Shown here: one piece after another, positions 10,361-22,179 of the stretch
How positions within the stretch are numbered: position 1 is the first letter of the stretch
Layout of the letters: each line of letters begins with the position of its first letter
NCBI GenBank assembly: GCA_963693365.1
Contig: CAVNZM010000006.1
Span: 6,985,264 to 7,049,263, forward strand
Length of the DNA stretch: 64,000 nucleotides
Reading direction: 5' to 3'
Origin: Amoebidium appalachense
Taxonomy: Eukaryota; Protista; Ichthyosporea
Position numbers and translations under genes: made by a program
Notes under the pieces: model-generated
Database searches by the model: none
What the model saw: only the letters and a program-made list of their open reading frames with translations
Told to the model about the DNA's origin: nothing

Positions 10361-11585
10361 ACTTTGCATCCGCGCTGAATTTTATCCCGAATTCTTTAAG
10401 GGGTCGCGAATACAATATTATTTTCAATCCCTAAGACGCATTCAAGTGTGTCACTGGTACACATGCTGACTGACGTAGATTATGGTCATTCCAGCAGAGG
10501 CAAACATTAGAACAACCAATCGGCAATCTAAATAACCTTATAAAGTTATTTATGACGTCACAGCACCTTTCCGACAATAGTAATTGGCTTAAAATCATTA
10601 CCAAGTGTCACCGATAGCTGGGATATTGCAGGGACCAATAGGATACCCCTGAAACTTTGCAAAAACGTTATTCTATTGGTTTATTATCAGCAAACACCCC
10701 CCCGAGCTTTTTTGGGTAACATTGTCATCTCTTTATAACATTTTGGGTACCAATGTCGTACGAGGGTATACAATGTTACCAGTGTACAAACCCTAAATTA
10801 AGATTGCTAACATCGTGTTACAACTGTGTGTAACAGAATGGCAGTGGTATCACCCTGTATAACACACCGTTACCAGCATGTCACACAGGATGATACCTCA
10901 CTTTTGCACAGTCTGGTAACCACAATATATACAGTGCAACGTGGTATCATAAATGCATACATGATTGTACAACGTTGGTACACAATGACACCGTAATGGT
11001 ATATATTGGTTTAACTGTTTGATATACCGGGGTAACCATTATATACCATTACGGTAACACCATCTTACCACGCCGGACACCGAACGGATACAATTTGTTG
11101 ACATTGTGTTGCCCTAAATTTAACTTTATTTTACATTGTGGTGACGTCACTTCGTACCAATATGCCAAATTCCTGTATACCACGGGATACCACAGGAGTC
11201 ACCAATGCTATACAAAGGGTTATAATTCAGGTAACTAAAATCTACAATTCATGTACCAAAGGTGAACCCAGGTATACCACGAGAACGACACATGTTTACC
11301 ATTTACACATTACGGATAACATTAAAACGACATTACGATACCATTTGTATACGTTGACATGCCCGTTTGGTAACAAATCATGTGGTATTCGGCATATACC
11401 TTTTACATTTATGTTAACCATACCGTACCATATTGTTATCAATTTGTATACCCTTTGCCCCCCCCCCCCCCCTCACCCCTTTCCCCCCTCCCCCCCCCCC
11501 CCCCCCCCTCCCCCCGAGTCCCCCCCTCCAGTTCTACAGACAGACACGAAGATGATGATCACTTTTTCTTTTTAGTAAGTACTTG

Positions 11586-11692
11586 TGGCATCAAGCACAC
11601 AAGTAAACAACACAACTGACATACCACCCCAGGTGGCATCCTACAGCACGAGTGTTAACAACACAACTAACATACCACCCCAGGTGGCATCC
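11586..11692. repeat. ~50-bp tandem duplication, about 2.2 copies
   Basis: AACAACACAACT(G/A)ACATACCACCCCAGGTGGCATCC occurs twice. Confidence 0.85.
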
Positions 11693-11789
11693 ATTCTCTA
11701 CTATCTACTTTATCTCGCATCTCGTAACAACACTACTCTTATGCAAACAAAAAATACCAAAAAGAATCAAAAAAAAAAAGGAAAAAAGG

Positions 11790-12040
11790 AAAAAAAACTA
11801 CCACACAAGCACAACAGGCTGGGCTGGGGCCGCATTTTAAGGCGGCGTCTCCTTCTCACTGGTCTGCTGGCCGGGAGGGGTTGCATTGGGGGTCGAAGGT
11901 TGCTGAGCAGGTGGGGCCCCGTCGTCGGCAGGGGGGGGGGGGGGTGGAAGACCTGGGAGGGGAGTCTTTCTTCTTCTCTTTTTTTTCTGTGGCCTTCTTC
12001 TCGAGACGGCGGAGAATCTCCTGGTGGTTCGCCAACTCTT
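11790..12040 (-). pseudogene. Probable terminal exon of an unknown spliced gene (degraded)
   Basis: Minus-strand ACTAAC branch-point-like motif and AG upstream. Reads ELANHQEILRRLEKKATEKKEKKKDS followed by a Pro-rich tail. Confidence 0.35.
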
Positions 12041-12349
12041 GGAGAACAATGCATGTTAGTTATGCATAAAGCAAAGTGTATTCCCCTCCACCCAATAAGG
12101 CTAAACATCTAATCTATACTAACAACCAAACTCCTACAACATGTGTAAGTAGATGTGATGATAAAAAATGCTGTGAGTCCTCTCCCATGATAACAACAAA
12201 GCTCTTCATTGTGTCTGGTCGTAATGTGGTGGTTCTGATATACAAACCCTTACACAAACACTTACAAAGTAACAGAGATATACAAGGAAAAGGAAGAAGG
12301 TATTAAACAACCGAATACCAGAGTGGTAAAACTGATGTCATACTACTTG

Positions 12350-13063
12350 TGACATATACTAATCCGTCTCAGCAGATCAGCCTAAGTCTACGATCGAGAT
12401 CGGGGGGGGGGGGGGGGGGGGGGTGGCCCGGGTCCACAGATCATCAAGATCAAGTCCGGGGCCTCAAGATAGCTGTACAGCTGCGTGCATCTTGCCTCTG
12501 CCGGCGCAGGGCACTGGACCACGTCAGCCGGGGCAGCCGACCAATAGAATTCTAATTAGTGTGTACTTAGATCATAGGAGGACTTTGGAATGTGATAAGT
12601 TCGGGCAGAAGCCCTTTGTAAATATTGGCAAGTTTTGATAGTGTATGCTGCCAAACGTATTTATATATTTCGATGTAGAGGAAAGGGGGGAGGGAGGGGG
12701 GGGGAGATAGTATGAAATGTAGAATAAGACTCTGCGGTGCCACTAGGGGAAGGGAGAGGGGTGAGACTTGGATAAATATATTAGTGTGAGCCGATCGACT
12801 TAGCTCGTGCAGGCGCACGATCAAGTTAGATCGGAATGTACGGAATGTGGCATCGTAGGGGGGCCAGGTGATGATGATCTTGTAGGGCACGGCCTTGATG
12901 GCCTCAGTTGTGACTTAGCCTCATTTCGTTCGGACCTAAGTTTGCCCGTCGGAGCCTGGTCTTAATAAACTTTACCGTTTTTCAGTACACGTTCGTTCCT
13001 TTCCGTGTGTGTACACTTAGTAGAGTGCCGCGTCTCTTAGTACATACACGTTAGGATACGACA
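12350..13063 (+). repeat. 5' LTR (714 bp)
   Basis: Near-identical to 19964-20677; the only differences I saw are next to the poly-G run. TATA-like ATAAATATA near 12772 and AATAAA near 12964. Confidence 0.96.
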
Positions 13064-13212
13064 AGCTACACCTTTTCTTTTAGTGCGGTTTTTCGCGCTA
13101 GGTAAACGCGGTGACAGTTCCTTCTGGGCTGTTGCTACACCTCAGAAACACAAGAAAAAAAAAAGAAAAAAAAACACAAAAACAACCACACGAGTTAGGG
13201 CACACTCACACC

Positions 13213-14607
13213 ATGGCTAAGTTCAACGTAGATATGTTCTACGCGTTGGCAGCGGAGGATAGCTCCCTGCACACACAGATACCACAGGTTCACACACTAG
13301 ACGTCAGACAAACCACAGCTTTCAGCTTCACACTCAAACACGACTCAGAAATACCACGGTGGCTTAGGACACTCATAGCAAACACACCCACACTAGTGTT
13401 AGACACTAAGAAGGCCCCTACTGTGGCGGCCTCGTGCCTAATGATTAAGCAGTGCATCGACCACAAAACCATGGCCGACTTATGCACCCTTATGGAGGAG
13501 CACCCGTACCGGGCCGAGCAGGCCCCCCAGGTGACGGCTCGTATCTACGAGCAGCAGTATGACGAGGGGAGAGACGAGATGGTGCCCCGGACGCTCGGCC
13601 AGAAACGTCTGGCCGCACGATTCATCTCCGACGACGAGGACGAGAACAGCACCGACGACGTGGACGGTGAGCTCGAGGCCTTCACAAGGCCCGAGAACGA
13701 GCTCGAGTATACGGCCCGGCTCGTCGACCGATACCTGACGGCCGACCGGCGCCGTACCTTCAGGGCCCAGCTACGAGAATGGAAGTATACCTTCCCCACT
13801 TTAGATATGTCTCCCGTAGAAGGTCGTGCATTCTTTGAAAGGGAATATCGGGTCTTTGAAGACCTTTGTGAGCTAGCTGGTGACGTGAGTGATAGGGAAA
13901 AGTTCGAGTTTGCTCGTAAGGCTCTCTCTGTAAACACAGACACTGCACGCATGTTTGGGGAGCATGATGATGTGGATGAGGTGGTGTTGCATGTTAAACG
14001 TCACTTGCTTGCCATGCACGAGGTGAAGTTCAATAAGAGGGATAGGAAGGAGGTTATGGAGGTAGACAAGAAAAAGAAGGAGAGTGGACAGAAGGGGGAA
14101 AAAGAAGAAAAAGAGGGTGAACAGCCAGATGCACTCACCATGTTGGTCAAGCAGGTTGCCGAGCTCTCCCAGGCCGTCTTCTCTGGCCGAGGGGCCTTCG
14201 GCTTCCGGGGTGGCCATGGCGGCGACCGGGGTGGACACGGCGGTCGTGGGCGCGGTGGACATCACGGTGGAGGACAGCAGCAGCAGTTCACCGAGAGGTT
14301 TGCCCCTTATCCTGCTCGTGGTGGTGGGCAGGGTAGAGGGAGGGGTGGAAATGGTGGTGAGCATGGTGGTAGGGGTGGACATGGAGGCCGTGGTGGGTTT
14401 GGTGCTGGTGGTGAGAGAGGCCGAGGGGGGCAGGGGGGAAGGGGGGGCCGTGGTGCACACGGTGGGCCCCCCCAGCATGACCGGGCTCCCGGTTATGCTT
14501 TGCGCCAAGGTTATGAAGTCCCCCCTGGCCCCTTCTTTGGTGCATGTTACTTTTGTGGCCGGCAAGGGCACTCTGCTGCATATTGCCGTAGTTACAAGGG
14601 CTATTGA
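13213..14607 (+). CDS. gag: Gag protein with RGG-rich segment and CCHC zinc knuckle
   Basis: ATG at 13213 in frame with ORF 13111-14607. Knuckle CYFCGRQGHSAAYC. Long RGG/GGH repeat region. Confidence 0.88.
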   Translation: MAKFNVDMFYALAAEDSSLHTQIPQVHTLDVRQTTAFSFTLKHDSEIPRWLRTLIANTPTLVLDTKKAPTVAASCLMIKQCIDHKTMADLCTLMEEHPYRAEQAPQVTARIYEQQYDEGRDEMVPRTLGQKRLAARFISDDEDENSTDDVDGELEAFTRPENELEYTARLVDRYLTADRRRTFRAQLREWKYTFPTLDMSPVEGRAFFEREYRVFEDLCELAGDVSDREKFEFARKALSVNTDTARMFGEHDDVDEVVLHVKRHLLAMHEVKFNKRDRKEVMEVDKKKKESGQKGEKEEKEGEQPDALTMLVKQVAELSQAVFSGRGAFGFRGGHGGDRGGHGGRGRGGHHGGGQQQQFTERFAPYPARGGGQGRGRGGNGGEHGGRGGHGGRGGFGAGGERGRGGQGGRGGRGAHGGPPQHDRAPGYALRQGYEVPPGPFFGACYFCGRQGHSAAYCRSYKGY

Positions 14608-15189
14608 GTTCCGGGGGAGGGGGAAGCTGGGGTCACTGAGGGAGGGTGGGGGGACAGTATCGGTCCCCCCCAGGTTGCAGAGAACCTTCATCCTCCCCCG
14701 CCCCAGGTTAAGCTTCCCTTTGCCCCCTCACCGCCCCGATACGTGTGGGAGCCGGGCATCGTCGTGGGTCCTCAAGACAGCGTCGAGGTGGTATGGCATG
14801 AATGTTTGTGGGGTGACTCTACCAAAGGTATGAATGGTGTGAATGTTTTGTTGTGCTATTGTTTCCGGGAAGGGGGGGGACACACACGAGTAAAGGGGGA
14901 AGGGGGGGGAAGGCACAGACACGTAGAAACACACCACCACAACAACATACGACGGTTGCAGACACACCTACACCCACACACACACCCACACATACACCAA
15001 ACACACACACACCACCCACCCACACACCACACACACACACTCCACCACCACCCACATCACATACACACCCCACCCCACCCGGGCAGGCACCACAGGTAGG
15101 TATGTTGCACGTAGGTATCAAGGGTGTGAGTCTTTGTGGGCAGGGACTGGGTGTGAGTGATGATGTGTTGCTCGAATTGGAGGAAGATT

Positions 15190-18100
15190 TAGTTGGTTTT
15201 AGCCGGCATTATATAGACGTATGGTTAGCTGATGGTAAGTTGAAGGCTGTTGCTTTGCTCGATGGACTCGGGCTCAGGTTAATTGTGTGCATGCTTCGTT
15301 TATTCGTCGTTTTAATCAGGCCGGGGGGGAAATTCCTATTTTAGATGCTTCTAGCACGGCCTTAGGTGGTGCTAATAATAGTAGTATGTCTGTGGAAGGT
15401 GTTTGTGTGTTGCCGTGTGAGATAGGTGGCCAGGCTATGCATATTGCTTGTTATGTGGTTAAGGATTTAGCTCAAAGTGTTTTGTTGGGAGCCCCATTTT
15501 TCCGTAGACATGTGAATGCTTTGTTTGAACGTACGAATGTTTTAGAATTGCAGTCCGGCGTTAAAATTAAAACCCATGATGGGCTCGACGGTTTTCAGTC
15601 TGGTGCTAGAACGGTAGCTGAAGTAGTAATCGAGCCTTATCAGTGCCAAACGGTACGTGTCCGGGCCCGGCAATCATGTTAGGATAGGGGATTTAGGGGT
15701 TTTTACTCCGAAAACCCCATTTCAGGAGGTGGCTCAATGGACCCTTAGTAGGGTATGGCCGGATAAGACGATAGGAATAGAATTAGTGAATCCGGGCATC
15801 GAGCCTATAGTGATTAGGTCAGGTGTTTCCGTCGGTAGTTTCACTAATGAGATTGGTAGTATAGAGGTCTCTCTTATTACCCAAAAGGAGGATGCCGGCT
15901 CAAAGGGTGACTCAGGAGGAGGGGGAACAACTTTATTTAACCTTAGCCACCATAATGTCACCCGACACGATGGGGGGGGGGGGCCGGGACAGCACCGGTC
16001 CCACTCCCCCGACCCCCAAGAGGAAGGAGGGTCACCCCGGGTGTGAGAATGTGCAGGCAGGGGGGGAGGGAGTTGGTCTAACCCGTGGACATGACGGGTT
16101 AACCAACACCGTGGGGGGCAGGGTGGCCACAGACCTGGCCCCCCACATACATGCACTAACTCATCAGGAATTGCTCGGGGGCATTGGTGTGCCGGGGGGA
16201 GGGGGGTGCTAAGGGTGACCGCCTATATCCGGAGGTACCTCAAACTCACCCCGTGCAGCACCGATGTAATACAGGAGGTGAAATGTTAAGTGGCACTCCG
16301 GTGAATAAGGATGCATCCACTTGTGATGGGGGTAACCCGGAGTTAGTATTGCGGTTTGGTATGAAGGAGGGGGATTGGACGGTGGAGCAGAAAAACTTAT
16401 TAGCTAAGTTATTTGATAGGACTCGGTTTGCATTTCTGGCCGATGATAACGAAGTAGGCTTCGTTAAAGGGTTTGAAATGCAGATCGACACAGATGATAA
16501 TAGGCCGGTAGTGATGCCTAGCTATAGAATGGAGCAGTATAAATTGTCGGATGCGCTAATTATAGTGAGTGATATGTTAAAAAAGGGTCATGTGGAGCAT
16601 AGTTCGAGTCCGTGGAGAAGTCCGGTGCTATTGGTTAAGAAGCCCGACGGGTCTTGGCGTCTAGTGAACGATTACAGGGCTCTGAATCGGGTCACCAAGG
16701 CAGACCAATGGCCTCTCCCTAACATAGACGAGCAGCTTTCACAGCTGCACGGCTATACTCACTTTGCTAAACTTGATTTAAAAGCAGCTTTTTGGCAGAT
16801 AAGGTTGGAGGAGAGCAGCAAGGAGAAGACTGCCTTTGCACTGGGTGACCAGCTGTTCCAGTACAAGGTGGTGCCGATGGGTTTGCTCTCCTCTCCAGCT
16901 ATGTTGTGCCGGGTAACTTAGTATAATTTTAAATTCTCCACCCTCATTTGGATGTATGCCACCCTTATTTGGATGATGTTTTAATTAAAGGTAGGTCGTT
17001 TGAGGAGTTAGTTAATAATTGTGAAAAAGTATTTTTAGCTTTGGGTGAGTCTGGTCTTCGTATTAGCGGTAGCAAGACTGTGATTGGTGTGCCGGAGGTT
17101 AAGTTTTTAGGTCATATCGTGTCTAGTAATGGTCTTTCCCCTGATCCGGAGAAAATCCGGGCCATAGTTGAGTGGCCCCGTCCTCAGACTGTCACTCAAC
17201 TAAGGCAATTTTTAGGTTTAACTAATTATCTTCGTCGTTATATTAAGGATTATAGTATGCTTGCTTTGCCGTTAACTAGTCAGACGGGGGGGGAGAAAAA
17301 GAATAGAATAGATTGGTGTGTTGATGCTGTTTCTGCTTTCGAAAAGCTTAAGTTAGCTTTGCAGTCTTCGTGGTATGCTTGTTCATACTGATTTTTCGGC
17401 CGGGGGGGGGGGATGTTTAAAGTTCGATGTGATGCGAGTAAGGTTGCTGAGGGGGCCGTGTTATATCAAGTGCAGGAGGGGCAGGATAGAGTGATTGCTT
17501 ATGCTAGTCGTTCGTTTAGTAAAAGTGAACGTAGATATAGCAATCCGGAGAGAGAGTCCCATGCTATCTTTTGGGCAGTCTCACAGGCATGGAGGTACAT
17601 ACTCGCAGGCAGGTCGTTCGAGGTCTACACCGACCACAAGCCCTGCCTAGCCATGGCCGGCACCACTCGTCTGGTCAACGAGAGGATGCAGAAGTGGGCC
17701 GCGGCTCTCGGCGGTGAGTTCTCCTATAAATTGTTTTATGCCAAGGGTGAAACAATGGTTGACTGTGATGCTCTCTCTCGTGCTGCTTATATTTTGTTTG
17801 AAGAAGAGAAGGAGGGGGAGGGGGGGCTAGTGAGAGACGGGGGGGGGAGGGGGGGAAGGGGGGGGGAGAGTGAGCAGAAAGGAATAGATGCTGTGTCTGT
17901 TGATGTGTCTTCTTGGGCTCCGGGGTTGCTTGCTTATAAGTGTAGGGGAGGGGGGGGGAGGTATTTGTCAGTGTCTGAGGTCGGGACCGAGTCTCATGGC
18001 TCGGTCCCTGCCTTAGCACCTACGGCTTTGATCTTAGCTCAGGAGGAAGATGTGCTGATTGGTCTGGTTAAGAATTATTTAAAGGGGCCGGTTGATTCGA

Positions 18101-19829
18101 TTAAATTTAAAAATAAAAGGCAGATGATTAAGGTAGCTAAGTTAGCAAAAATGTGTCAGGTAGAGCAGGATTTAGTTTATCATTGTTCTGGGCCAGACGG
18201 ACACCGAATTTGGGTCCCAACGGCACTTGTGCCTGAGGTTTTGCATATGGTGCAAGAGCATCCCATGGCTGGTCATTTAGGTGTTAATAGGACGTTGCTT
18301 CGTGTTAATGTTCGTATTTTTGGCCGGGTATGAGTAGGGAGGTGAGGGATTATGTGTTGTCATGCATGCATTGTCAGGAAAGGAATGAGAGTCCCCACTC
18401 TCGTTCCCGCCCGTCGTTTATTAGGGATTTTAATGTTCGTATATTTGAACGGGTAGCAGTGGATGTGGTTGGTCCTTTTGATTCTACGGTTGAGGGTAAC
18501 ACTGTTCTTGTTACCGTCACCGATGTGGCCACTCGTTGGGTTGAAGTTTTTCCTCTCCCCACTGCTAATGCCGTTTTGTTTGCTCGTGTTTTTGTGGATG
18601 AAATTTGTCTTAGGTTTGGTTGTCCTCGTGTTTTGTTAACGGATAGGAGTCGTGTGTTTTTAAATCAGTTGGTGTCGGAGGTGTGTAAAATTTTAAGGGT
18701 AGCTCATATCACTATGTCTGCATATCACCCTCAAGCAAATGCCATTTCTGAACGTGTGCATGCAGTGTTTCAGAAGTCCTTTGGCAAAATGGTTGATGCG
18801 GAGGCTAATGATTGGGATCATATGTCTAGGTTTATTGCTCATTCGTATAATTCTACCCCTCATGCTGTGACTGGTTTTTCTCCGTTTTATTTGGTCTATG
18901 GGCAGGAGGCTATTAGTTTGTTAGATACGGCACTTTTGCCGATGGGGGGGACTGACAGACTAACTTATCCCCACTGGACTGAGTTCCGGGAGCAGCTACT
19001 AACCCGGGCCCGGGCTGCACGTGATGCAGCTCTGGCCCGTACACAGCAGGCACAGGCACGTGCAGACGTGTCCACACGTCCGCTACGTGAATTTGCCGAG
19101 GGTACTTTAGTTTTAATTAGGGATCATACTAAGAAAAAGAGATATAAGCAGGAGCAGGAAGGTAAGGGTGAAGGTGAAGGTCTTCGTAAGTATGGTAAGA
19201 AATGGTTGCCTCTTTTCATTGGTCCGTATAAAATAGTGGCTAGGTTAGGTCCGACGGAATATAAGGTGCAGAGGTTAGATAATGAGAGTGATGTTAGATA
19301 TTATAATGTAGATGACATAAAGGAATATTATGATAGGGCCCTTAGAGTTAAACGGCCGGAGGGCTGTCGAGTGTTAGATGCATTCACCCCCGACTATGAC
19401 GGGTCGGTGGATGTATCGGAGGCTGCAGTAGATAAAATTATGGATAAAAAGGTTATCGAAGGTAAGGAAGGTAAGGTAAATTATTATTTAATTCGTTTTG
19501 AGGGAGGTTATCAGGAAGATCAGTGGTTGCCTGAGTTTCATTTGGATTGCCCGTTTTCTATTCGTGCTTATGAGGCTAGATTAGTGCAGAGGGAGTTGCC
19601 TAGTGCTCCCTCTAGGCCGAAGAGAGTTATTCCTCAGTTTAATCGTGGTGTGAAGAAGTCGGTGGGGGAGGGGGCCGGGGGGGGAGTGATGCAAATACAC
19701 CTAGACACACGGGGGGAGGGGGACTCGGAGGGAGGGGAGGAGACCGAGGAGGAGTGTGAACGTAGTCGTAGGAATTTAATTTATTATCATAGGTGTCTCC
19801 GTAGGTATCAAGCTTATGGTGTAGTTTAA
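15190..19829 (+). pseudogene. pol: Pol polyprotein (protease, RT, RNase H, integrase, chromodomain) broken by several frameshifts
   Basis: Frameshifted D(S)GA protease site near 15262. RT motifs SPWRSPVLLVKKPDGSWRLVNDYRALN, KLDLKAAFWQI, YLDD. RNase H VRCDAS and YTDHKP. Integrase HHCC, VAVDVVGP, TDR, YHPQANAISER and GPY motif. Chromodomain VDKIMDKK...YYLIRFEGG...QWLPE. Confidence 0.92.
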
Positions 19830-19944
19830 TTTATTATTTTTCTTCGTAATTTATTTAATTTAATTTTTTTTGGGAGACTGATTAGTCTATGTCTTTTTAG
19901 GGGGTGTTAGATGTAATGTGACTGAGGTGGGACTCAGCTTTTCC

Positions 19945-19962
19945 GGGGGCCGGGGGGGGGAG
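19945..19962 (+). promoter_or_regulatory. Polypurine tract (plus-strand primer) of the Gypsy element
   Basis: GGGGGCCGGGGGGGGGAG immediately upstream of the 3' LTR. Confidence 0.75.
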
Positions 19963-19963
19963 T

Positions 19964-20677
19964 TGACATATACTAATCCGTCTCAGCAGATCAGCCTAAG
20001 TCTACGATCGAAATCCCGGGGGGGGGGGGGGGGGGGGTGGCCCGGGTCCACAGATCATCAAGATCAAGTCCGGGGCCTCAAGATAGCTGTACAGCTGCGT
20101 GCATCTTGCCTCTGCCGGCGCAGGGCACTGGACCACGTCAGCCGGGGCAGCCGACCAATAGAATTCTAATTAGTGTGTACTTAGATCATAGGAGGACTTT
20201 GGAATGTGATAAGTTCGGGCAGAAGCCCTTTGTAAATATTGGCAAGTTTTGATAGTGTATGCTGCCAAACGTATTTATATATTTCGATGTAGAGGAAAGG
20301 GGGGAGGGAGGGGGGGGGAGATAGTATGAAATGTAGAATAAGACTCTGCGGTGCCACTAGGGGAAGGGAGAGGGGTGAGACTTGGATAAATATATTAGTG
20401 TGAGCCGATCGACTTAGCTCGTGCAGGCGCACGATCAAGTTAGATCGGAATGTACGGAATGTGGCATCGTAGGGGGGCCAGGTGATGATGATCTTGTAGG
20501 GCACGGCCTTGATGGCCTCAGTTGTGACTTAGCCTCATTTCGTTCGGACCTAAGTTTGCCCGTCGGAGCCTGGTCTTAATAAACTTTACCGTTTTTCAGT
20601 ACACGTTCGTTCCTTTCCGTGTGTGTACACTTAGTAGAGTGCCGCGTCTCTTAGTACATACACGTTAGGATACGACA
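19964..20677 (+). repeat. 3' LTR (714 bp)
   Basis: Direct repeat of 12350-13063; ends in CA followed by the TSD. Confidence 0.96.
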
Positions 20678-20843
20678 ACTTGCACGATGTTGTCTCTATG
20701 ACCAGAGAAAGATACCAGAGTGGTAAAACTGATGTCATACGACGTGCACAATGTTATCTCTGTGTCACCATCCACATACAATTACTTTAAAAAGGACATC
20801 TGTAACATAAAATCGTGCCGAACCACGGACACTTTCTACATAC

Positions 20844-20982
20844 CTCCTTCAGGGTGTCCACCCCACCATGTTGAGGTAGGCCTTGCTGCTGTCTTTCAAC
20901 CGGTCGTTGAGGCCGTTGGGAAGAAGGACGGTGGGGTTGGTGAAGTAATGGTTCTCGAAGATGCAGTGGACGAAGGCGATGG

Positions 20983-21018
<36 letters not shown>

Positions 21019-21240
21019 GTCAGTGACCTGGTCGTACCTGGACTTGAGGTAGCTCTGAATGCTCGCCCTTCTTGACCCTGACTGGTGGTAAAACCAGTCA
21101 ACCACCATCTTGCCGCCGTAGGGGTGGCCGTCCTCCTCGGACACACGCCACTCGGGGCCGCACTTCACCCCCTCCACCGTGACCGGCTCCATCAGTTGTG
21201 CAAGCACAACCCTGAGCTCGTCAACCGGAATGCCCATAAG
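20844..21240 (-). pseudogene. Probable exon of an unknown spliced gene, frame disrupted at a poly-C run
   Basis: Minus-strand acceptor CTCCCTGCAG| at 21241 and donor |GTATGT at 20843. Protein-like translation (LMGIPVDELRVVLAQLMEP...; AIAFVHCIFENHYFTNP...). Confidence 0.5.
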
Positions 21241-21834
21241 CTGCAGGGAGGAATGTCGACTAAGTCCACAGAATACGAGACAATGTTGGTTGCAACGAAA
21301 ACAACTTGGAAAGTCAATTGCGGGAAGTAATAGAGGCTAACCATGACACCCAACCAAATTACCTAATAGAAACCATTATTAGGATGGGGGAAAGGGGGGG
21401 GCTCCCAGACAGCAGCAGGACTTTCTATTCCACTGACCCTAACCACACACGTCGCCAACACAGGACTCATTCCGACGTCGAAGACGCCAGGCCACCAGTA
21501 GAAAACTCGTCAAAAAATAACACCACACAACTCCCATACAACAACAACAACCCAAGAGACGGCCTATCCCCTAATAAAACCTTCATACCTGCAACACCGT
21601 CACCGACGTCCCCCACGACGGGGCTGTTTACACCACGCGTATGTGTGCCCCCGCTTGTCTTACTGCTCATGTTGTATCCTACTGTTGCTAGCGGTAGCTG
21701 TGTGTGCGCGTACATTTCTTCTACCTCTAACCGTCAAAAAAGTTCTAAGTCAAAACCACTCATAACCGCTAGTCGTAAAAAAAGCTAGGGGTGATAGCAA
21801 CAACCCAGAAAAACTAACAGTGCGTGTGCGAATG

Positions 21835-22179
21835 CCCGCGACCCTGCGTGACACTTCACAGACATAGACACGCGGCCCACTGGCCAGACAAATACCACAG
21901 TGACTTTCAGCCAATCATAACACTCCCGCCCCCACGGGCTACACACACTCCACAGCATTGGCTACCGCCACCTCAGACACCCCTACAGCACTACAACACG
22001 TACACACCTTTACTCACAATACATATAAGCATACACACACGCGAGCAGGCAACATGGGTCTCGCCAAGCACACAGCAAGAAGCAATACAACATATAACAT
22101 AAAGAGTACGCAGAGGCATGGAGTATGCATGCGCGCACCAAACTATCAGCCGCCGCTGCATCAGATTCTCCCCATACCT
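21835..22179 (+). repeat. ~345-bp dispersed repeat, copy 1
   Basis: Colinear, clearly homologous copy at 63632-63971 in the same orientation. Confidence 0.9.

Larger units (their letters stand above)
12350..20677 (+). mobile_element. Full-length Ty3/Gypsy LTR retrotransposon with chromodomain integrase (chromovirus), 8328 bp
   Basis: TG...CA LTRs, 5-bp TSD ACTTG at 12345-12349 and 20678-20682, domain order gag-PR-RT-RH-IN-chromodomain, G-rich polypurine tract before the 3' LTR. Confidence 0.96.
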
